A model generated the notes under the pieces. That model worked only from the letters and a program-made list of their open reading frames with translations. It had not been told where the DNA came from and did no database searches. Shown here piece by piece: positions 1-10,417 of a stretch of 64,000 nucleotides of DNA (the first letter of the stretch is position 1; every line of letters starts with the position of its first letter). The stretch is from Candidatus Eremiobacteria bacterium (GTDB lineage Bacteria > Vulcanimicrobiota > Vulcanimicrobiia > Vulcanimicrobiales > Vulcanimicrobiaceae), in NCBI GenBank assembly GCA_963737065.1, contig CAVTRC010000001.1, forward strand, positions 1,600,001 to 1,664,000. The letters run 5' to 3'. A program made the position numbers and the translations under genes.

Positions 1-1607
1 GCCCACGCCGCCCAGTCTTCCCACCAGCTTCCCTGGTGTTTGGTTGAACGCGCGAGCCATGCATCCGGTGATTCACCCGGCTCGGTATGGTCGGCTGTCC
101 AATAGCATGCTTTCGGGTTACCGGGCGGATTGCAAATGCCCGCGACGTGACCGGAATTCGTGCGCGTATATTTTACGTCGCCGGCGACATATTGCGACGT
201 CATGTACGTCGTTCGCCACGGCGCGATGTGATCGTTTTCCGCACCGAGCACGTACATCGGTGTGCCGATCTTGCCCAGATCGATCGGCACGCCGGCGAGC
301 ACGAAGGCGTTGGGCACGATCAGCAGATTGTGCAGGTAGCACGCGCGCAGATACTGCGAATGCATCGCCGCCGGCATGCGCGTCGCGTCGCCGTTCCATG
401 CGAGAATATCGAATGCGGGCGGCTTTTTGCCCATGTACCAATTCGAGACGACGTAACTCCAGATCAAGTCGTTCGCGCGCATCCAGTTGAATGTGCCGGC
501 CATCTCGCTCGACTCGAGAAATCCGCGTTCGTTCATTTTCTTTTCGAGCCGCGCGATCGTTGCTTCATCGGTAAATGCCGCAAGATCACCCGGCTGAGTG
601 AAGTCGACGATCGTGTTGGTGACGGTCAGCGACGCGACGCGATCCGCTTGTCCCTTCGCGGCCAGATATGCAAGCAGCAACACGGCCATCGTTCCGCCCA
701 GGCAAAGCCCCGCCATGTTGACCTTCGGTGCACCGGTGAGGCGTTGCACGGCATCAAGCGCCGCAAGCGGGCCGTTTTCGAGATAGGTATCCATCGTGTA
801 CTCGCGCATCGATGCGTCGGGATTACGATAGCTGATCATGAACGTTTGATGGCCGTGTTTGACCGCCCACTCGACGAAAGAACGTCCCGGCGCAATATCC
901 ATGATGTAGTATTTGTTGATCCACGGCGGGGACATCAGCAGCGGGCGTTCGTAGACAGTTTCCGTCTGCGGATAGTATGCCAGCAGTTCGATCAACTCGT
1001 TGCGAAAGACGACTTCGCCTGGTGTGGCGGCCATGTTTTCGCCCAGCACGAATGACGACGTATCGACTTGCTTCGGATACCCGCCGTTATTTTTGACGTC
1101 ATCGAGCAATTCCGCGAGTCCGTTCACGAGGCTATTTCCGCCGGTGTTCACGGCTTCTTTCACGACGGCGGGATTCAACCACGGCACGTTGCTCGGCGCA
1201 AGCGAGTCGAGCAGCATGTTGATCGCGAAGCGCGCTTTGCGTCTCGTCGACTCCGGCAGACGCGATTGCTCCACGAGCAGCTGCGCATATTGACGGCGAA
1301 CCAAGTACTCTTCGAGCATGGACGTCAGAAATGGATTGCTCGTCCATGCCGGGTCGGTGAAGCGTTTATCGCCGTTCGCGGAGGCAACCGGCGGGGGATT
1401 CTCGCCTTGGAGCCGGCGCATTGCATTCATTGCGACGCCTTGTTCGGCGAGCACGAACGCCGTCATCATGCTGCCGGCGCGCAGCGGATCGCTCATCACG
1501 TCGACGGTAACGGCCTGCAGCGCGTCCATCAGCGATGCCGGATCGGCACCGCTGAGGTCCATTCCGTAGCTGAACTCTTCCAGGGGTACCGATCCGATCG
1601 TGCTCAC
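1..1607 (-). CDS. phaC: Polyhydroxyalkanoate synthase PhaC (class I/II-like), 3' end runs off the window
   Basis: Not in the ORF track; translated by hand. GTG at 1607 overlaps the phaB stop. Motifs DKRFTDPAWTSNPF, lipase box AGLCLGGT, ENDHIAPW, SGHVAGICNPP, GSWWEDW. Confidence 0.93.
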   Translation of the reverse strand, partial: MSTIGSVPLEEFSYGMDLSGADPASLMDALQAVTVDVMSDPLRAGSMMTAFVLAEQGVAMNAMRRLQGENPPPVASANGDKRFTDPAWTSNPFLTSMLEEYLVRRQYAQLLVEQSRLPESTRRKARFAINMLLDSLAPSNVPWLNPAVVKEAVNTGGNSLVNGLAELLDDVKNNGGYPKQVDTSSFVLGENMAATPGEVVFRNELIELLAYYPQTETVYERPLLMSPPWINKYYIMDIAPGRSFVEWAVKHGHQTFMISYRNPDASMREYTMDTYLENGPLAALDAVQRLTGAPKVNMAGLCLGGTMAVLLLAYLAAKGQADRVASLTVTNTIVDFTQPGDLAAFTDEATIARLEKKMNERGFLESSEMAGTFNWMRANDLIWSYVVSNWYMGKKPPAFDILAWNGDATRMPAAMHSQYLRACYLHNLLIVPNAFVLAGVPIDLGKIGTPMYVLGAENDHIAPWRTTYMTSQYVAGDVKYTRTNSGHVAGICNPPGNPKACYWTADHTEPGESPDAWLARSTKHQGSWWEDWAAW

Positions 1608-2389
1608 ATGTACATCCCGCCGTTGACGTCGAAAGTTGCGCCGGTGATGAATCCCGATTGCTCGTCCGCCAAGAATCGAACGACGCGCGCGATTTCGTTT
1701 GGCTCGCCGAGGCGATCGACGGGCGTGCGGCTCTTCGCGGTATCGATCGCCGCTTGCGGCATTGCGGCCACCATTTCCGTCGCGGTGAAGCCGGGCGCGA
1801 CGGCGTTTACGGTAATTCCGGAACGTGCGGTTTCGAGGGCGAGCGTCTTCGTCAGCCCCAACAACCCGGCTTTGGCTGCCGCGTAGTTCGCCTGGCCGAA
1901 ATTGCCCATGTGGCCGACGACCGAACTGATGTTCACGATGCGGCCATATTTGCGCTCCAGCATACGATCGAGCACGGCTTTGATCATAAAAAACGGCCCC
2001 GACAGATTCACGTCGATGACCGCTTCCCATTCCTCAACCGTCATTTTGCGAGCCGTGCGATCCTTCGTAATGCCGGCGTTGTTGACGAGGATGTCGACCT
2101 TGCCGTGCTGCTCGAGAATCGATCGCACGGCGGCGTCGCACGCCGCGTGATCGGCGACGTTCGCTTCGTAAAACTCGACGAGTTTCGCGGTACCGTTGAG
2201 GGAGGCTCGCAACGCCGAGGTGCGTTCGCGATCGGCCGGGATACCGACCACGGCGACGACCGCCCCGTCGTTTGCGAAAGCCTTCGAAATCGCGCCGCCG
2301 ATGCCGCGCGAGCCACCCGTGACGATCGCAATGCGGCCGTCCAGCCGCTTGAGTGCTGTGGACGCGAGTTGGGGAGAGCCTAAATCCAT
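1604..2389 (-). CDS. phaB: Acetoacetyl-CoA reductase (SDR)
   Basis: TGGSRGIG, NNAGITKD, GQANYAAAKAG; adjacent to phaC. Confidence 0.85.
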   Translation of the reverse strand: MDLGSPQLASTALKRLDGRIAIVTGGSRGIGGAISKAFANDGAVVAVVGIPADRERTSALRASLNGTAKLVEFYEANVADHAACDAAVRSILEQHGKVDILVNNAGITKDRTARKMTVEEWEAVIDVNLSGPFFMIKAVLDRMLERKYGRIVNISSVVGHMGNFGQANYAAAKAGLLGLTKTLALETARSGITVNAVAPGFTATEMVAAMPQAAIDTAKSRTPVDRLGEPNEIARVVRFLADEQSGFITGATFDVNGGMYM

Positions 2390-2541
2390 TGTACGGACGT
2401 TTTACCCAGGTGCTGTACTTACCTAGCAAATCTTAAGGTTGGCCGACCACTGACCTGAGCACCCGGTTTTCTTACGCCGGCCCTCGTCGCGTTCAAACCC
2501 TTCGTACACGGCGCCGCATCGCGGCTTCCGTACGACCGGGA

Positions 2542-3285
2542 TCACAACATATCGAGGCCGCCGTTGACGTGAAATGCGGCGCCCGTGATGTAGCCGGAAT
2601 CGTCCTCGCACAAGAACTTCACGACGCGCGCGATTTCGTGCGGCTGCCCGAGCCGGCGCGTGGGAACTTTGTTGATCACTTTCTCGAGCACTTCAGGCGG
2701 CATCGCACCGACCATCTCCGTCTCGATGAATCCTGGGGCGACCGCGTTGGCCGTGATCCCTTTATTGGCCGTTTCGAGCGCGAGGCTTTTCGTAAAGCCG
2801 AACAATCCCGCTTTCGATGCGGCGTAATTGGCTTGGCCGATGTTTCCGGTCGAGCCGATGACCGAGCTGATGTTGACGATCCGTCCGCTTCCGCGCCCGA
2901 TCATGTGCTCGAGCACGGCTTTAGTCATATTGAAGGCGCCGGACAAGTTGACGTTGATGACGTTCCACCAATCTTCGGAACTCATCTTGCGTAGCGTTTT
3001 ATCGAGCGTAATGCCGGCGTTGTTGACCAAAAAATCGACGCGCCCGTATTTGTCGAGTACTTCGTTGACGACGCGCTGGCAATCATCGAAGTCGTCCACA
3101 CGTCCCTGATGGACCGAGATGTTGCCGCCGCGTTCGCGAATGCGCGCGGCGCACGATTCGGCGGATTCTTTTCCTTTGTTGTAACCCGCAGCGACGTGCG
3201 CGTTCGCGCGAGCGAGTTCGTCGCTGATTGCGGCCCCAATGCCGCGAGTACCGCCGGTAACAATCGCAACTCGTCCTGTAAACAT
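2542..3285 (-). CDS. phaB: Acetoacetyl-CoA reductase (SDR), second copy
   Basis: TGGTRGIG, NNAGITLD, GQANYAASKAG, C-terminal VNGGLDM. Confidence 0.85.
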   Translation of the reverse strand: MFTGRVAIVTGGTRGIGAAISDELARANAHVAAGYNKGKESAESCAARIRERGGNISVHQGRVDDFDDCQRVVNEVLDKYGRVDFLVNNAGITLDKTLRKMSSEDWWNVINVNLSGAFNMTKAVLEHMIGRGSGRIVNISSVIGSTGNIGQANYAASKAGLFGFTKSLALETANKGITANAVAPGFIETEMVGAMPPEVLEKVINKVPTRRLGQPHEIARVVKFLCEDDSGYITGAAFHVNGGLDML

Positions 3286-3358
3286 CGCCCCTCCGTCGGC
3301 CCGGTGCGACGTACATGCGGATGTGTTTACAGTAAATCCCGCGTGGTCTACGAAGCGC

Positions 3359-4045
3359 TCACGGTGTTGCGGGCGTCATGAACAACGGCACCGGAGTCGG
3401 CGTTGCGACGGGCGCCGGCGAGGGCGTGTAATTGACGATGACGGTGAACGTCGTCGGCGCGGTCGCGCTTGCAAGCAATTCGTTACGATGTACGCCGCTT
3501 GCGATAATTTGCAGTTGAACCAACGCGTTTCCACCGACCGCGGACGGCGATGCATCGAATCCGTATGTCACGGGCGTCGCCGTCGCGCCCGCAAAGAGCG
3601 GATCCGCTGCCGGCAATTGCGCGACGCTAAGCGCCGTCGCAGTAAATGCGTCGATCGGACCGATGACCTCGCCCGCGGTGGGCGCCGTGCCCGCTGCAAA
3701 CGCGTATCGGGTGATCCGCCGCTGCGTGGTGTCGAAGACGTACGCCCAGGAGTACGGACGATGCGCACCGTCCTCGCTGAAAAAGTCGAGTTCGTGTCCG
3801 TCACTATTTGCGTGGCCGTTGACGTCGGTAGCCGGAACGTAGACGGCCCACGCGCTCGCGGCTTCCGCCGTCAACCGTTCCATCAGGCGTTCGGCGGCGC
3901 TTTGACTCTGCACGCGCGTTCCGAGCGCGGACGTCGCTTGCGTCAAACGCGAGGCGAACGTCACGAGCGAGCCGATGACGACGGCGGCGATCGCAGCGGC
4001 AACGACGAGCTCGACCAGCGTAAACCCCGCTTGGCTCTCCCTCAC
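3359..4045 (-). CDS. Prepilin-type N-terminal cleavage/methylation domain protein
   Basis: QAG|FTLVELVVAAAIAAVVIG type IV pilin motif; probable GTG start at 4045. Confidence 0.85.
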   Translation of the reverse strand: MRESQAGFTLVELVVAAAIAAVVIGSLVTFASRLTQATSALGTRVQSQSAAERLMERLTAEAASAWAVYVPATDVNGHANSDGHELDFFSEDGAHRPYSWAYVFDTTQRRITRYAFAAGTAPTAGEVIGPIDAFTATALSVAQLPAADPLFAGATATPVTYGFDASPSAVGGNALVQLQIIASGVHRNELLASATAPTTFTVIVNYTPSPAPVATPTPVPLFMTPATP

Positions 4046-4098
4046 GCCGAGCCCAGTGCCCGCGTTGATGCCCTGCAAGACTTTGTGGTACAAAGTAT

Positions 4099-4707
4099 AT
4101 GATGACCGAACTCGAACGCGCGCTGCTCGATATCGCCGAAGTCCGCGACCGCCTTGCCACGATGCAGCGGTTCAAGGGCTACTCTGCGGTGGCCGCCGTG
4201 GTTTCCGGCGTGCTCGCGATTGTCGCGGGCGTGGTCCAGGCCCTTGACGTACCCGTTCCGCACGGCGCGCACGAAGGCCACGTGTATTTCGCGATCTGGT
4301 TCGTTTGCGCGGCCGCTGCTGCAATCGTGAACTACGGCGCGATCGCGCATTGGTTCGTCAGCGACGAGAGCGCGCGCGACCGCTGGCAAACGCGGACCGT
4401 CGGCATCTCGATTCTTCCCGCCCTCGTACTCGGCGCCGCGCTTTCGTTCGCGGCGCTTGCGAATAACGCATTCGCGCTGCTTCCGGGCATTTGGTACGCC
4501 TGTTACGCCGTTGGTCTCTTTGCGTCGCGTACGATGATCCCGCGCGGTGTGCTGCCCATCGCGGTCGCCTTGCTTGCGCTCGGCATCGGCTTGTTGTTCG
4601 TTCCACCGTCGGTCGCACTTGCGTGGTGGGTACTGCCGGCGGGTTTCGGCACCGCCCAAGTTGCGATCGGCTACTTCGTTTTCCGCGACCGGACGGTGGA
4701 TGCATGA
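4099..4707 (+). CDS. Integral membrane protein, unknown function
   Basis: About 6 hydrophobic segments; ATGA-coupled to the downstream HTH gene. Confidence 0.8.
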   Translation: MMTELERALLDIAEVRDRLATMQRFKGYSAVAAVVSGVLAIVAGVVQALDVPVPHGAHEGHVYFAIWFVCAAAAAIVNYGAIAHWFVSDESARDRWQTRTVGISILPALVLGAALSFAALANNAFALLPGIWYACYAVGLFASRTMIPRGVLPIAVALLALGIGLLFVPPSVALAWWVLPAGFGTAQVAIGYFVFRDRTVDA

Positions 4708-5060
4708 GCGCAACGAATCTCGATCGTGTATTTCACGAACGCGGACGCTTGGCGATCTGCTCGACGCTCGTCGCGCAGAACGACGGCGTGTCGTTTACCG
4801 CTATGCAGGAAGCGTGCGGATTGACCGACGGCAATCTCAACCGTCATCTCCATGCGCTCGCCGAAGAAGGCATCGTCGAAACCGAGCGCCGCACCGGAAT
4901 CGGGCGGCCGCAAACGATCGTTCGCATTACGCCGGCAGGGCGCGCACGCTTTCTCGACTATATCGATGCGCTCGAAGCGATCGTGCGCGACGTTCAGCGT
5001 TCGACGAGAGCGAACGAATCGCCGATCCGCACGATGCCCGCGCGCAGCACGTCGCAGTAG
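4704..5060 (+). CDS. Winged helix-turn-helix transcriptional regulator (ArsR/MarR-like)
   Basis: LDRVFHERGRLAI...LTDGNLNRHLHAL...ITPAGRARFLDYIDALE; ATG at 4704. Confidence 0.88.
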   Translation: MSATNLDRVFHERGRLAICSTLVAQNDGVSFTAMQEACGLTDGNLNRHLHALAEEGIVETERRTGIGRPQTIVRITPAGRARFLDYIDALEAIVRDVQRSTRANESPIRTMPARSTSQ

Positions 5061-5632
5061 ATGCCCATCCACGCCGAGCGTTCGCGCACGACGTAGTTCA
5101 AGATATCGACATCGCTTTCACCGCCGTGCTGATCGTACGTCGTTACGACGCAGCGCTCGATCGGATAGCGAACGCGCAGCAGCACGTCGCCGAGCGCCAC
5201 TTCCCGGCCGGTCATTGCTTCTTCCGTCAATGAGAATCCGTCGCGCGACGCGACGAAGAAGTTCGGACGGAAGCGTTCGAACCCGACGTCGTAACCAACG
5301 TACGCGCTCAACCCGCGCAACCACTTGTCGACCATAATGGAGACGGGCGCATCGTCAACAAACGGTTCGTCGTCGCGCGCTTGCAGTTCGACCTCTACAC
5401 CTCGCTCGTGCGCGCGCGTCACGCCCGTAGCAGGGTCGCCGGAGAGATGCAAACGGTCGTTGTCTTTGCCGCGATACGTTTTTCCGACGCGTGCGTGACC
5501 TTCACGGACGATCATCGCACTTAGGCGATCGCCTTCGACGCCCTGCGGAAGCACTGTAACTTCCTCGAGCGATTCGCCGCGCAAGCTCTTGACGGGATAG
5601 CGACGGATCGCTCCGAGCGTACCGAGATCCAT
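4994..5632 (-). CDS. MOSC domain-containing protein
   Basis: RYPVKSLRGE, RFRPNF, ERCVVTT, GIVRIGD. Confidence 0.88.
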   Translation of the reverse strand: MDLGTLGAIRRYPVKSLRGESLEEVTVLPQGVEGDRLSAMIVREGHARVGKTYRGKDNDRLHLSGDPATGVTRAHERGVEVELQARDDEPFVDDAPVSIMVDKWLRGLSAYVGYDVGFERFRPNFFVASRDGFSLTEEAMTGREVALGDVLLRVRYPIERCVVTTYDQHGGESDVDILNYVVRERSAWMGIYCDVLRAGIVRIGDSFALVER

Positions 5633-5694
5633 ACCGGGTGATACTCGCAACGGCGCGAGGAGGCCCGCAGAACGCCCAAGAACCGCGAGCGGGC

Positions 5695-6639
5695 ATGGTA
5701 TCGACGCCCGCGTTTGCGCTGCGGCCGCTTGGGATCGGCGAAATCTTTGACCGCGCCGTGACGCTCTATGTGCGCAACTTCGTCATGTTCACGCTGATGG
5801 TGCTGACGCTGCTTGCGCCGCTCGGCGTCATTGAGTACGTCGCGTTGCCCGATCGCGCACAATCGCTCTCGGAGGCGATCGGCCAGATCGAACATCCGGC
5901 CAAGACGAAGACGCCGTCGCCGCCGCCATTCACCAACGAACAACTGATCGGCATCCTCGCGATTGCGCTCTTCGCGCTCGTTCTCGCACCGTTCGTCAAC
6001 AGCGCGGTGGCGGTCGGCGTTGCGGCGGTCTACAGCGGCGCGCAGCCGTCATATAGCATCAGCTTCGCAACCGTGTTTCGACGATGGGCGCCGCTGATCG
6101 GAACGGCGATCCTCAATGTGTTGGTCCTCATCGGCCTTTACGTCGCGCTCATCGTGGGCGTGGTGTTTCTCGCGACCGTCGGAATCTTGCTCGTACGTCC
6201 GGCGCTGCCGCTTGCGATCGCGGTCTTTATTTTCCTGACCGTCGCGTTCATCGCGGTCGTGCTCGTCATGCTGATGCTCGTAATGGCATACGCGTTCGCG
6301 ATGTATTCTGCGGCGCTGGAAGACGCCTCGCCGATTCGCGCGATTTCCCTTGCATACGGACGCGTGTTCAACCGTCGTGAACTGAAGAAAGCGTTCCTGA
6401 TGACGCTCGCGTACATCGGTCTCGAGGTCGGCGTGCTGACGATCAGTTCGACGCTAGGACTCGTGCTTCTCTTTACGCTCAAGAGTTATGCCTTGCAACT
6501 CGTCGTCAATACTCTGGTGAGCGCGATGCTTACTTCGTACGTGACGATTTTACTCGCGGTCTACTACTACGACATCCGCACGCGAAGCGAGGGGCTCGAC
6601 TTAGAAACGGATCTTCACCGGTTGACGGTCGCGTCGTGA
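5695..6639 (+). CDS. Integral membrane protein of the MoxR/DUF58 cluster
   Basis: LRPLGIGEIFDRA N-terminus and YYDIRTRSEGLDL C-terminus; multiple TM helices. Confidence 0.85.
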   Translation: MVSTPAFALRPLGIGEIFDRAVTLYVRNFVMFTLMVLTLLAPLGVIEYVALPDRAQSLSEAIGQIEHPAKTKTPSPPPFTNEQLIGILAIALFALVLAPFVNSAVAVGVAAVYSGAQPSYSISFATVFRRWAPLIGTAILNVLVLIGLYVALIVGVVFLATVGILLVRPALPLAIAVFIFLTVAFIAVVLVMLMLVMAYAFAMYSAALEDASPIRAISLAYGRVFNRRELKKAFLMTLAYIGLEVGVLTISSTLGLVLLFTLKSYALQLVVNTLVSAMLTSYVTILLAVYYYDIRTRSEGLDLETDLHRLTVAS

Positions 6640-7274
6640 TACCGCGCCCGCCGCACGAACTCGTGCGCGCGGTCCGCACCGAGCTTGCAACGCCCGGGCG
6701 CTATCACTTCACGCAAAGCGCGGCGGTGCATCGCTCGTGGCTGCAGGTCGCACTGCAGTGGGTCTCGGACCGCTACGCGGATTTCGTGCACGCGTTGGCT
6801 GCCCGCGTGAAGGTTGGCCCGAACGCCGTATCGCTTTTCGGCGACGCAATCGTCATCGTCTGCGTGCTGATCGTCGCGATCGTTGGTGCGCGTCTGCTGG
6901 TCGGCCTGCAAGTCGAGCGCGCGCGCAGGCACGCCGCGATTAGGATTGGACCGTCGCGCAGCGCTTATGCGATCGCGCGAGCCGCGGCCGACGTAGCTTC
7001 GGTGGGCGATTACGTCCGGGCCATTCGCCTGCTTTTCACGGCCTCCGTAACGCTGCTGGATCTTCGCGGGGTGCTGCACGACGATCCGAGCGCAACCGTC
7101 AACGATTTGCGGCGCGCCTTGCGCGAACGTCACGCGAATGCCGAAGCGCCGTTCGTTGACATTGCGCGCGCTTTTTCAGCAGCCGCGTATGCGGAAGAAC
7201 CGCTCGACGCAACCGCGTGGGGCGCCGCACGAGCGGCGTACGACGCGCTCACGAAAGCGGCGGACGCGTCGTGA
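6636..7274 (+). CDS. DUF4129-like domain protein
   Basis: GDYVRAIRLLF...ATVNDL...FSAAAYA pattern; position in cluster. Confidence 0.75.
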   Translation: MIPRPPHELVRAVRTELATPGRYHFTQSAAVHRSWLQVALQWVSDRYADFVHALAARVKVGPNAVSLFGDAIVIVCVLIVAIVGARLLVGLQVERARRHAAIRIGPSRSAYAIARAAADVASVGDYVRAIRLLFTASVTLLDLRGVLHDDPSATVNDLRRALRERHANAEAPFVDIARAFSAAAYAEEPLDATAWGAARAAYDALTKAADAS

Positions 7275-8131
7275 AGGGGCACGCAATCGAGATCGCGGTT
7301 TGCATCGGCGCGATCGCGCTGTTGATCGCGCTTGCGCTTGCATCGCAAAGCGGTCCCGTTTCGACGTATTCCACGTTCGATACCGGACCCAACGGCTACG
7401 AGGCGCTTTTCCATGTGCTGCGCGCGGAAGGCGTCTCGGTCGAACGATTGCAGCTGCCGCTTGCGCAACGCGATCCGAAGACCCGCGTGATCGCGTTCAC
7501 CTCGACGCTGCCTGAAGTAAAGGGCGGCCAAGGGCTGGTCTACGACGACAACGACTACGCGCGCCTCGCCGCGTTCGTCAAATCGGGTGGTACGCTCGTG
7601 TACTTCGCTTCACCGGCCAATGATCCGATGCGCAAAACGATCGCGCAGCGAAAACTTCACGTGCAGGTGCTGAACGCCGCGCTCTTCACAAACCGCGCGC
7701 TCTCGCTGCGTCCCGAGCAGATCGTTGCTGCATACGACGCGCTCGCCGGCCGCGGCCGCGTCGCGTTCGACGAACGGCTTCATGGGTACGCGATCGACCG
7801 GTCGTTGTGGTCTGTCTTGCCGGGTCCCGTGCGCGCCGCGTGTTGGATGATCGTCGCGGCCGCGATCATCGCGCTCGTCGATGCAAACATTCGCTTTGCG
7901 CCGCCGCTCGCGCGCGCAACGGCCGCCGATCGTGATTCGTCCGCGTATATCGCGTCCATGGCGGCGTTGCTTCGTCGGGCGCGTGCGGGCGCGGCGGCGA
8001 TCGCGCGCTTTGCAACGCAGGCGCAGGACGAGGACGAATTGCAGCAACTCGCACGCGTCGCGCGTCCGAGCAACGCGATGGTTCTGCGCGCGGCGGTTCT
8101 TGCAGCCCGCCGGCGAAAGGATCGCGCGTGA
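7271..8131 (+). CDS. DUF4350-like domain protein
   Basis: N-terminal TM, STFDTGPNGYEAL, FVKSGGTLV, AFDERLHG; GTGA overlap with upstream stop. Confidence 0.75.
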   Translation: MKGHAIEIAVCIGAIALLIALALASQSGPVSTYSTFDTGPNGYEALFHVLRAEGVSVERLQLPLAQRDPKTRVIAFTSTLPEVKGGQGLVYDDNDYARLAAFVKSGGTLVYFASPANDPMRKTIAQRKLHVQVLNAALFTNRALSLRPEQIVAAYDALAGRGRVAFDERLHGYAIDRSLWSVLPGPVRAACWMIVAAAIIALVDANIRFAPPLARATAADRDSSAYIASMAALLRRARAGAAAIARFATQAQDEDELQQLARVARPSNAMVLRAAVLAARRRKDRA

Positions 8132-9093
8132 ACGAATCGACGCCCCAGGTAGCGCTCTTTGCCGAGCGCGTGCGCGCCGGATTCGCACGCACCATCGTCG
8201 GCGGCGACCGTACCGCGTTTGCGCTGATGCTCGCCTTGCTCACGCGCGGGCACGCGCTGCTGGAGGGAGTTCCCGGCACCGGTAAGACGCTTGCAGTGCG
8301 CGCGTTCGCGGCATTGCTCGGTCTCGAATTCCGGCGAATACAATTTACGCCGGACTTAATGCCCTCCGACGTCGTCGGTACGTCGGTCTTCAATCCACAA
8401 ACCTTGCAGTTCAGCGTGCGCCCGGGTCCGATCGATGCCAACGTCGTCCTCGCCGACGAAATCAATCGCACGCCGCCGAAAACGCAAGCGGCGCTGCTCG
8501 AAGCGATGGAAGAAGGGCGCGCGACGATCGACGGAACGCCGATCGCACTTCCGTCACCGTTCATCGTGTGCGCGACACAGAATCCGATCGAATACGAGGG
8601 AACGTATCCGCTTCCGGAAGCGCAACTCGACCGCTTCATGGTGAAGATCGAAACCGGCTATCCCGCGCAAGCCGAAGAACTGGATCTGTTGGCACGCGTC
8701 GCATCCGGCTTCGATCCGCGCTCGCTCGATGGCGCAGCGGTTTCCGCGGTTACCGATCTCAACGAAATTGCATCCGCGCAAGCAGCGGTTCGCGCCGTGC
8801 ACGTGGCCGACGACGTGCGCGCGTACATCTACGCGATTGCCGCGGCGACGCGCAGCAACGCGCGATTGGCGCTCGGTGCATCGCCCCGCGCCGGTGTTTC
8901 TTTGCTTCTCGCCGCGCAAGCCGCCGCCGCAATCGATGGACGTATGTTTGCGACGCCGGACGACGTAAAAGACGTTGCGCCGCTGGTATTGCCGCATCGC
9001 GTCATCGTAGCGCCGGAAGCGGAGATCGAGGGCGCAACGGGCACCTCGGTGATTGCCGAAATTCTGAGCAGCGTCCCCGTTCCTCGTGCGTAG
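8128..9093 (+). CDS. MoxR family AAA+ ATPase
   Basis: GVPGTGKT, RIQFTPDLMPSD, LADEINR, ATQNPIEYEGTYPLPEAQLDRF. Confidence 0.96.
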   Translation: MNESTPQVALFAERVRAGFARTIVGGDRTAFALMLALLTRGHALLEGVPGTGKTLAVRAFAALLGLEFRRIQFTPDLMPSDVVGTSVFNPQTLQFSVRPGPIDANVVLADEINRTPPKTQAALLEAMEEGRATIDGTPIALPSPFIVCATQNPIEYEGTYPLPEAQLDRFMVKIETGYPAQAEELDLLARVASGFDPRSLDGAAVSAVTDLNEIASAQAAVRAVHVADDVRAYIYAIAAATRSNARLALGASPRAGVSLLLAAQAAAAIDGRMFATPDDVKDVAPLVLPHRVIVAPEAEIEGATGTSVIAEILSSVPVPRA

Positions 9094-10417
9094 GCTGGAG
9101 CTTGCGTATTGGCCGTCATCGCGCGCGGTCTGGGCGATCGCGGCAATCGCGTTTCTCCTTGCGGTTTCGCCCGGCGTTCCGATTCTCGCGCCGCTTTGTA
9201 CGGGATTGCTTGCGCTCCTCGTGGCCGCGTCGGTCATCGATGCGCTGCGGCTGCCGCCGCCGCGATCGGTTGCGATCCAACGCACGGTGCCGTTGCATCT
9301 GGCGCTGCGTCGGCGCATTGCATTACGGTACGACCTGGAGAACCGCTCCGCTCGCGTACTGCGCATCGGCTTCGTGGAAGAGCCGTTGCATACGCTCGCG
9401 CTACCGCACGACGAGATCGTTACGCTCGTTCCGGCGCAGTCCATCGTAGCGGTGACCGCCGGCGCATTGCCCGTCGCGCGCGGAGCCGACAGCTTTTCGC
9501 GCATGTACGCATGGTACGAAACCGCGCTTGGCCTCGTCCGAAGATGGACGCGTATGGAAGCCGCGCACGCGATCCGCGTGTATCCGGATCTTTCGGCCGT
9601 CGAACGCTACGGCAATCTCACGCGGCGCAATCGTGCAATCGAAGCAGGTCTGCGGCGCATGCGCCTGCGCGGTGAAGGTTCGGAGTTCGAAAGCGTGCGC
9701 GACTACGCGACCGGCGATGCGTTTCGCGCGATCGATTGGAAGGCAACCGCGCGGCGCGGCAAGGTGATGGTCGTGCAACGCGAGGTGGAACGCAGCCAAG
9801 ACATCATGCTGATGCTGGATTGCGGCCGTCTCATGACCGCGCGTATCGGCGAAGCGCGCAAGCTGGACTACGCCGTAACGGCCGCGCTCTCGGTCGCATC
9901 GATCGCCGCGCTCGCGAGCGACCGTGTGGGCGTCGTTGCGTTCGCGCGCGATATTCTCGTGGCCCGTTCACCACGCTCGACCGCCTCGTCGATGCATGCG
10001 CTTGCAGATGCCCTTTCCGACGTCGAGCCGCGGTTCGAAGAATCCGACTACGCGCGAGCGATCGACTACGTGCGTTCGCATCTGCACCGGCGCAGTCTCG
10101 TCGTGCTGTTCACCGACGTTATCGATCCGGTCGCGCAGAGCACGGTCCTCGCCGAACTCAAGACGCTGACGACGCGGCACGTCGTCTTGTGCGTCTTTAT
10201 GAACGATGCTGCGGTGGCGCAAACGTTAGCGGCGACGCCGCGGACCATCGATGATGCGTATCGTCTGGACGTTGCGCTCGGCCTAGAACACGAACGAACG
10301 GTTGCTGCAAAAACAGTGGAGCGCACGGGCGTTATCGTCTTGGATGCCGCAGCGGAGAAACTCTCAGCGGCGGCGATCGACGAGTATTTGCGTATTAAGT
10401 CACGAGCTCTGCTCTAG
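9086..10417 (+). CDS. DUF58 domain-containing (VWA-like) protein
   Basis: GSEFESVRDY, RAIDWKATAR, LDCGRLM. Confidence 0.93.
   Translation: MRRLELAYWPSSRAVWAIAAIAFLLAVSPGVPILAPLCTGLLALLVAASVIDALRLPPPRSVAIQRTVPLHLALRRRIALRYDLENRSARVLRIGFVEEPLHTLALPHDEIVTLVPAQSIVAVTAGALPVARGADSFSRMYAWYETALGLVRRWTRMEAAHAIRVYPDLSAVERYGNLTRRNRAIEAGLRRMRLRGEGSEFESVRDYATGDAFRAIDWKATARRGKVMVVQREVERSQDIMLMLDCGRLMTARIGEARKLDYAVTAALSVASIAALASDRVGVVAFARDILVARSPRSTASSMHALADALSDVEPRFEESDYARAIDYVRSHLHRRSLVVLFTDVIDPVAQSTVLAELKTLTTRHVVLCVFMNDAAVAQTLAATPRTIDDAYRLDVALGLEHERTVAAKTVERTGVIVLDAAAEKLSAAAIDEYLRIKSRALL

Noticed and set aside
87..1886. Long plus-strand ORFs (322 aa, 272 aa) and many similar shadow ORFs across the window
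   Set aside because: Antisense to clear genes such as phaC; a typical high-GC artefact with no motifs.
2423..2545. Small ORF between the two phaB genes
   Set aside because: No RBS or recognisable motif; more likely intergenic sequence.
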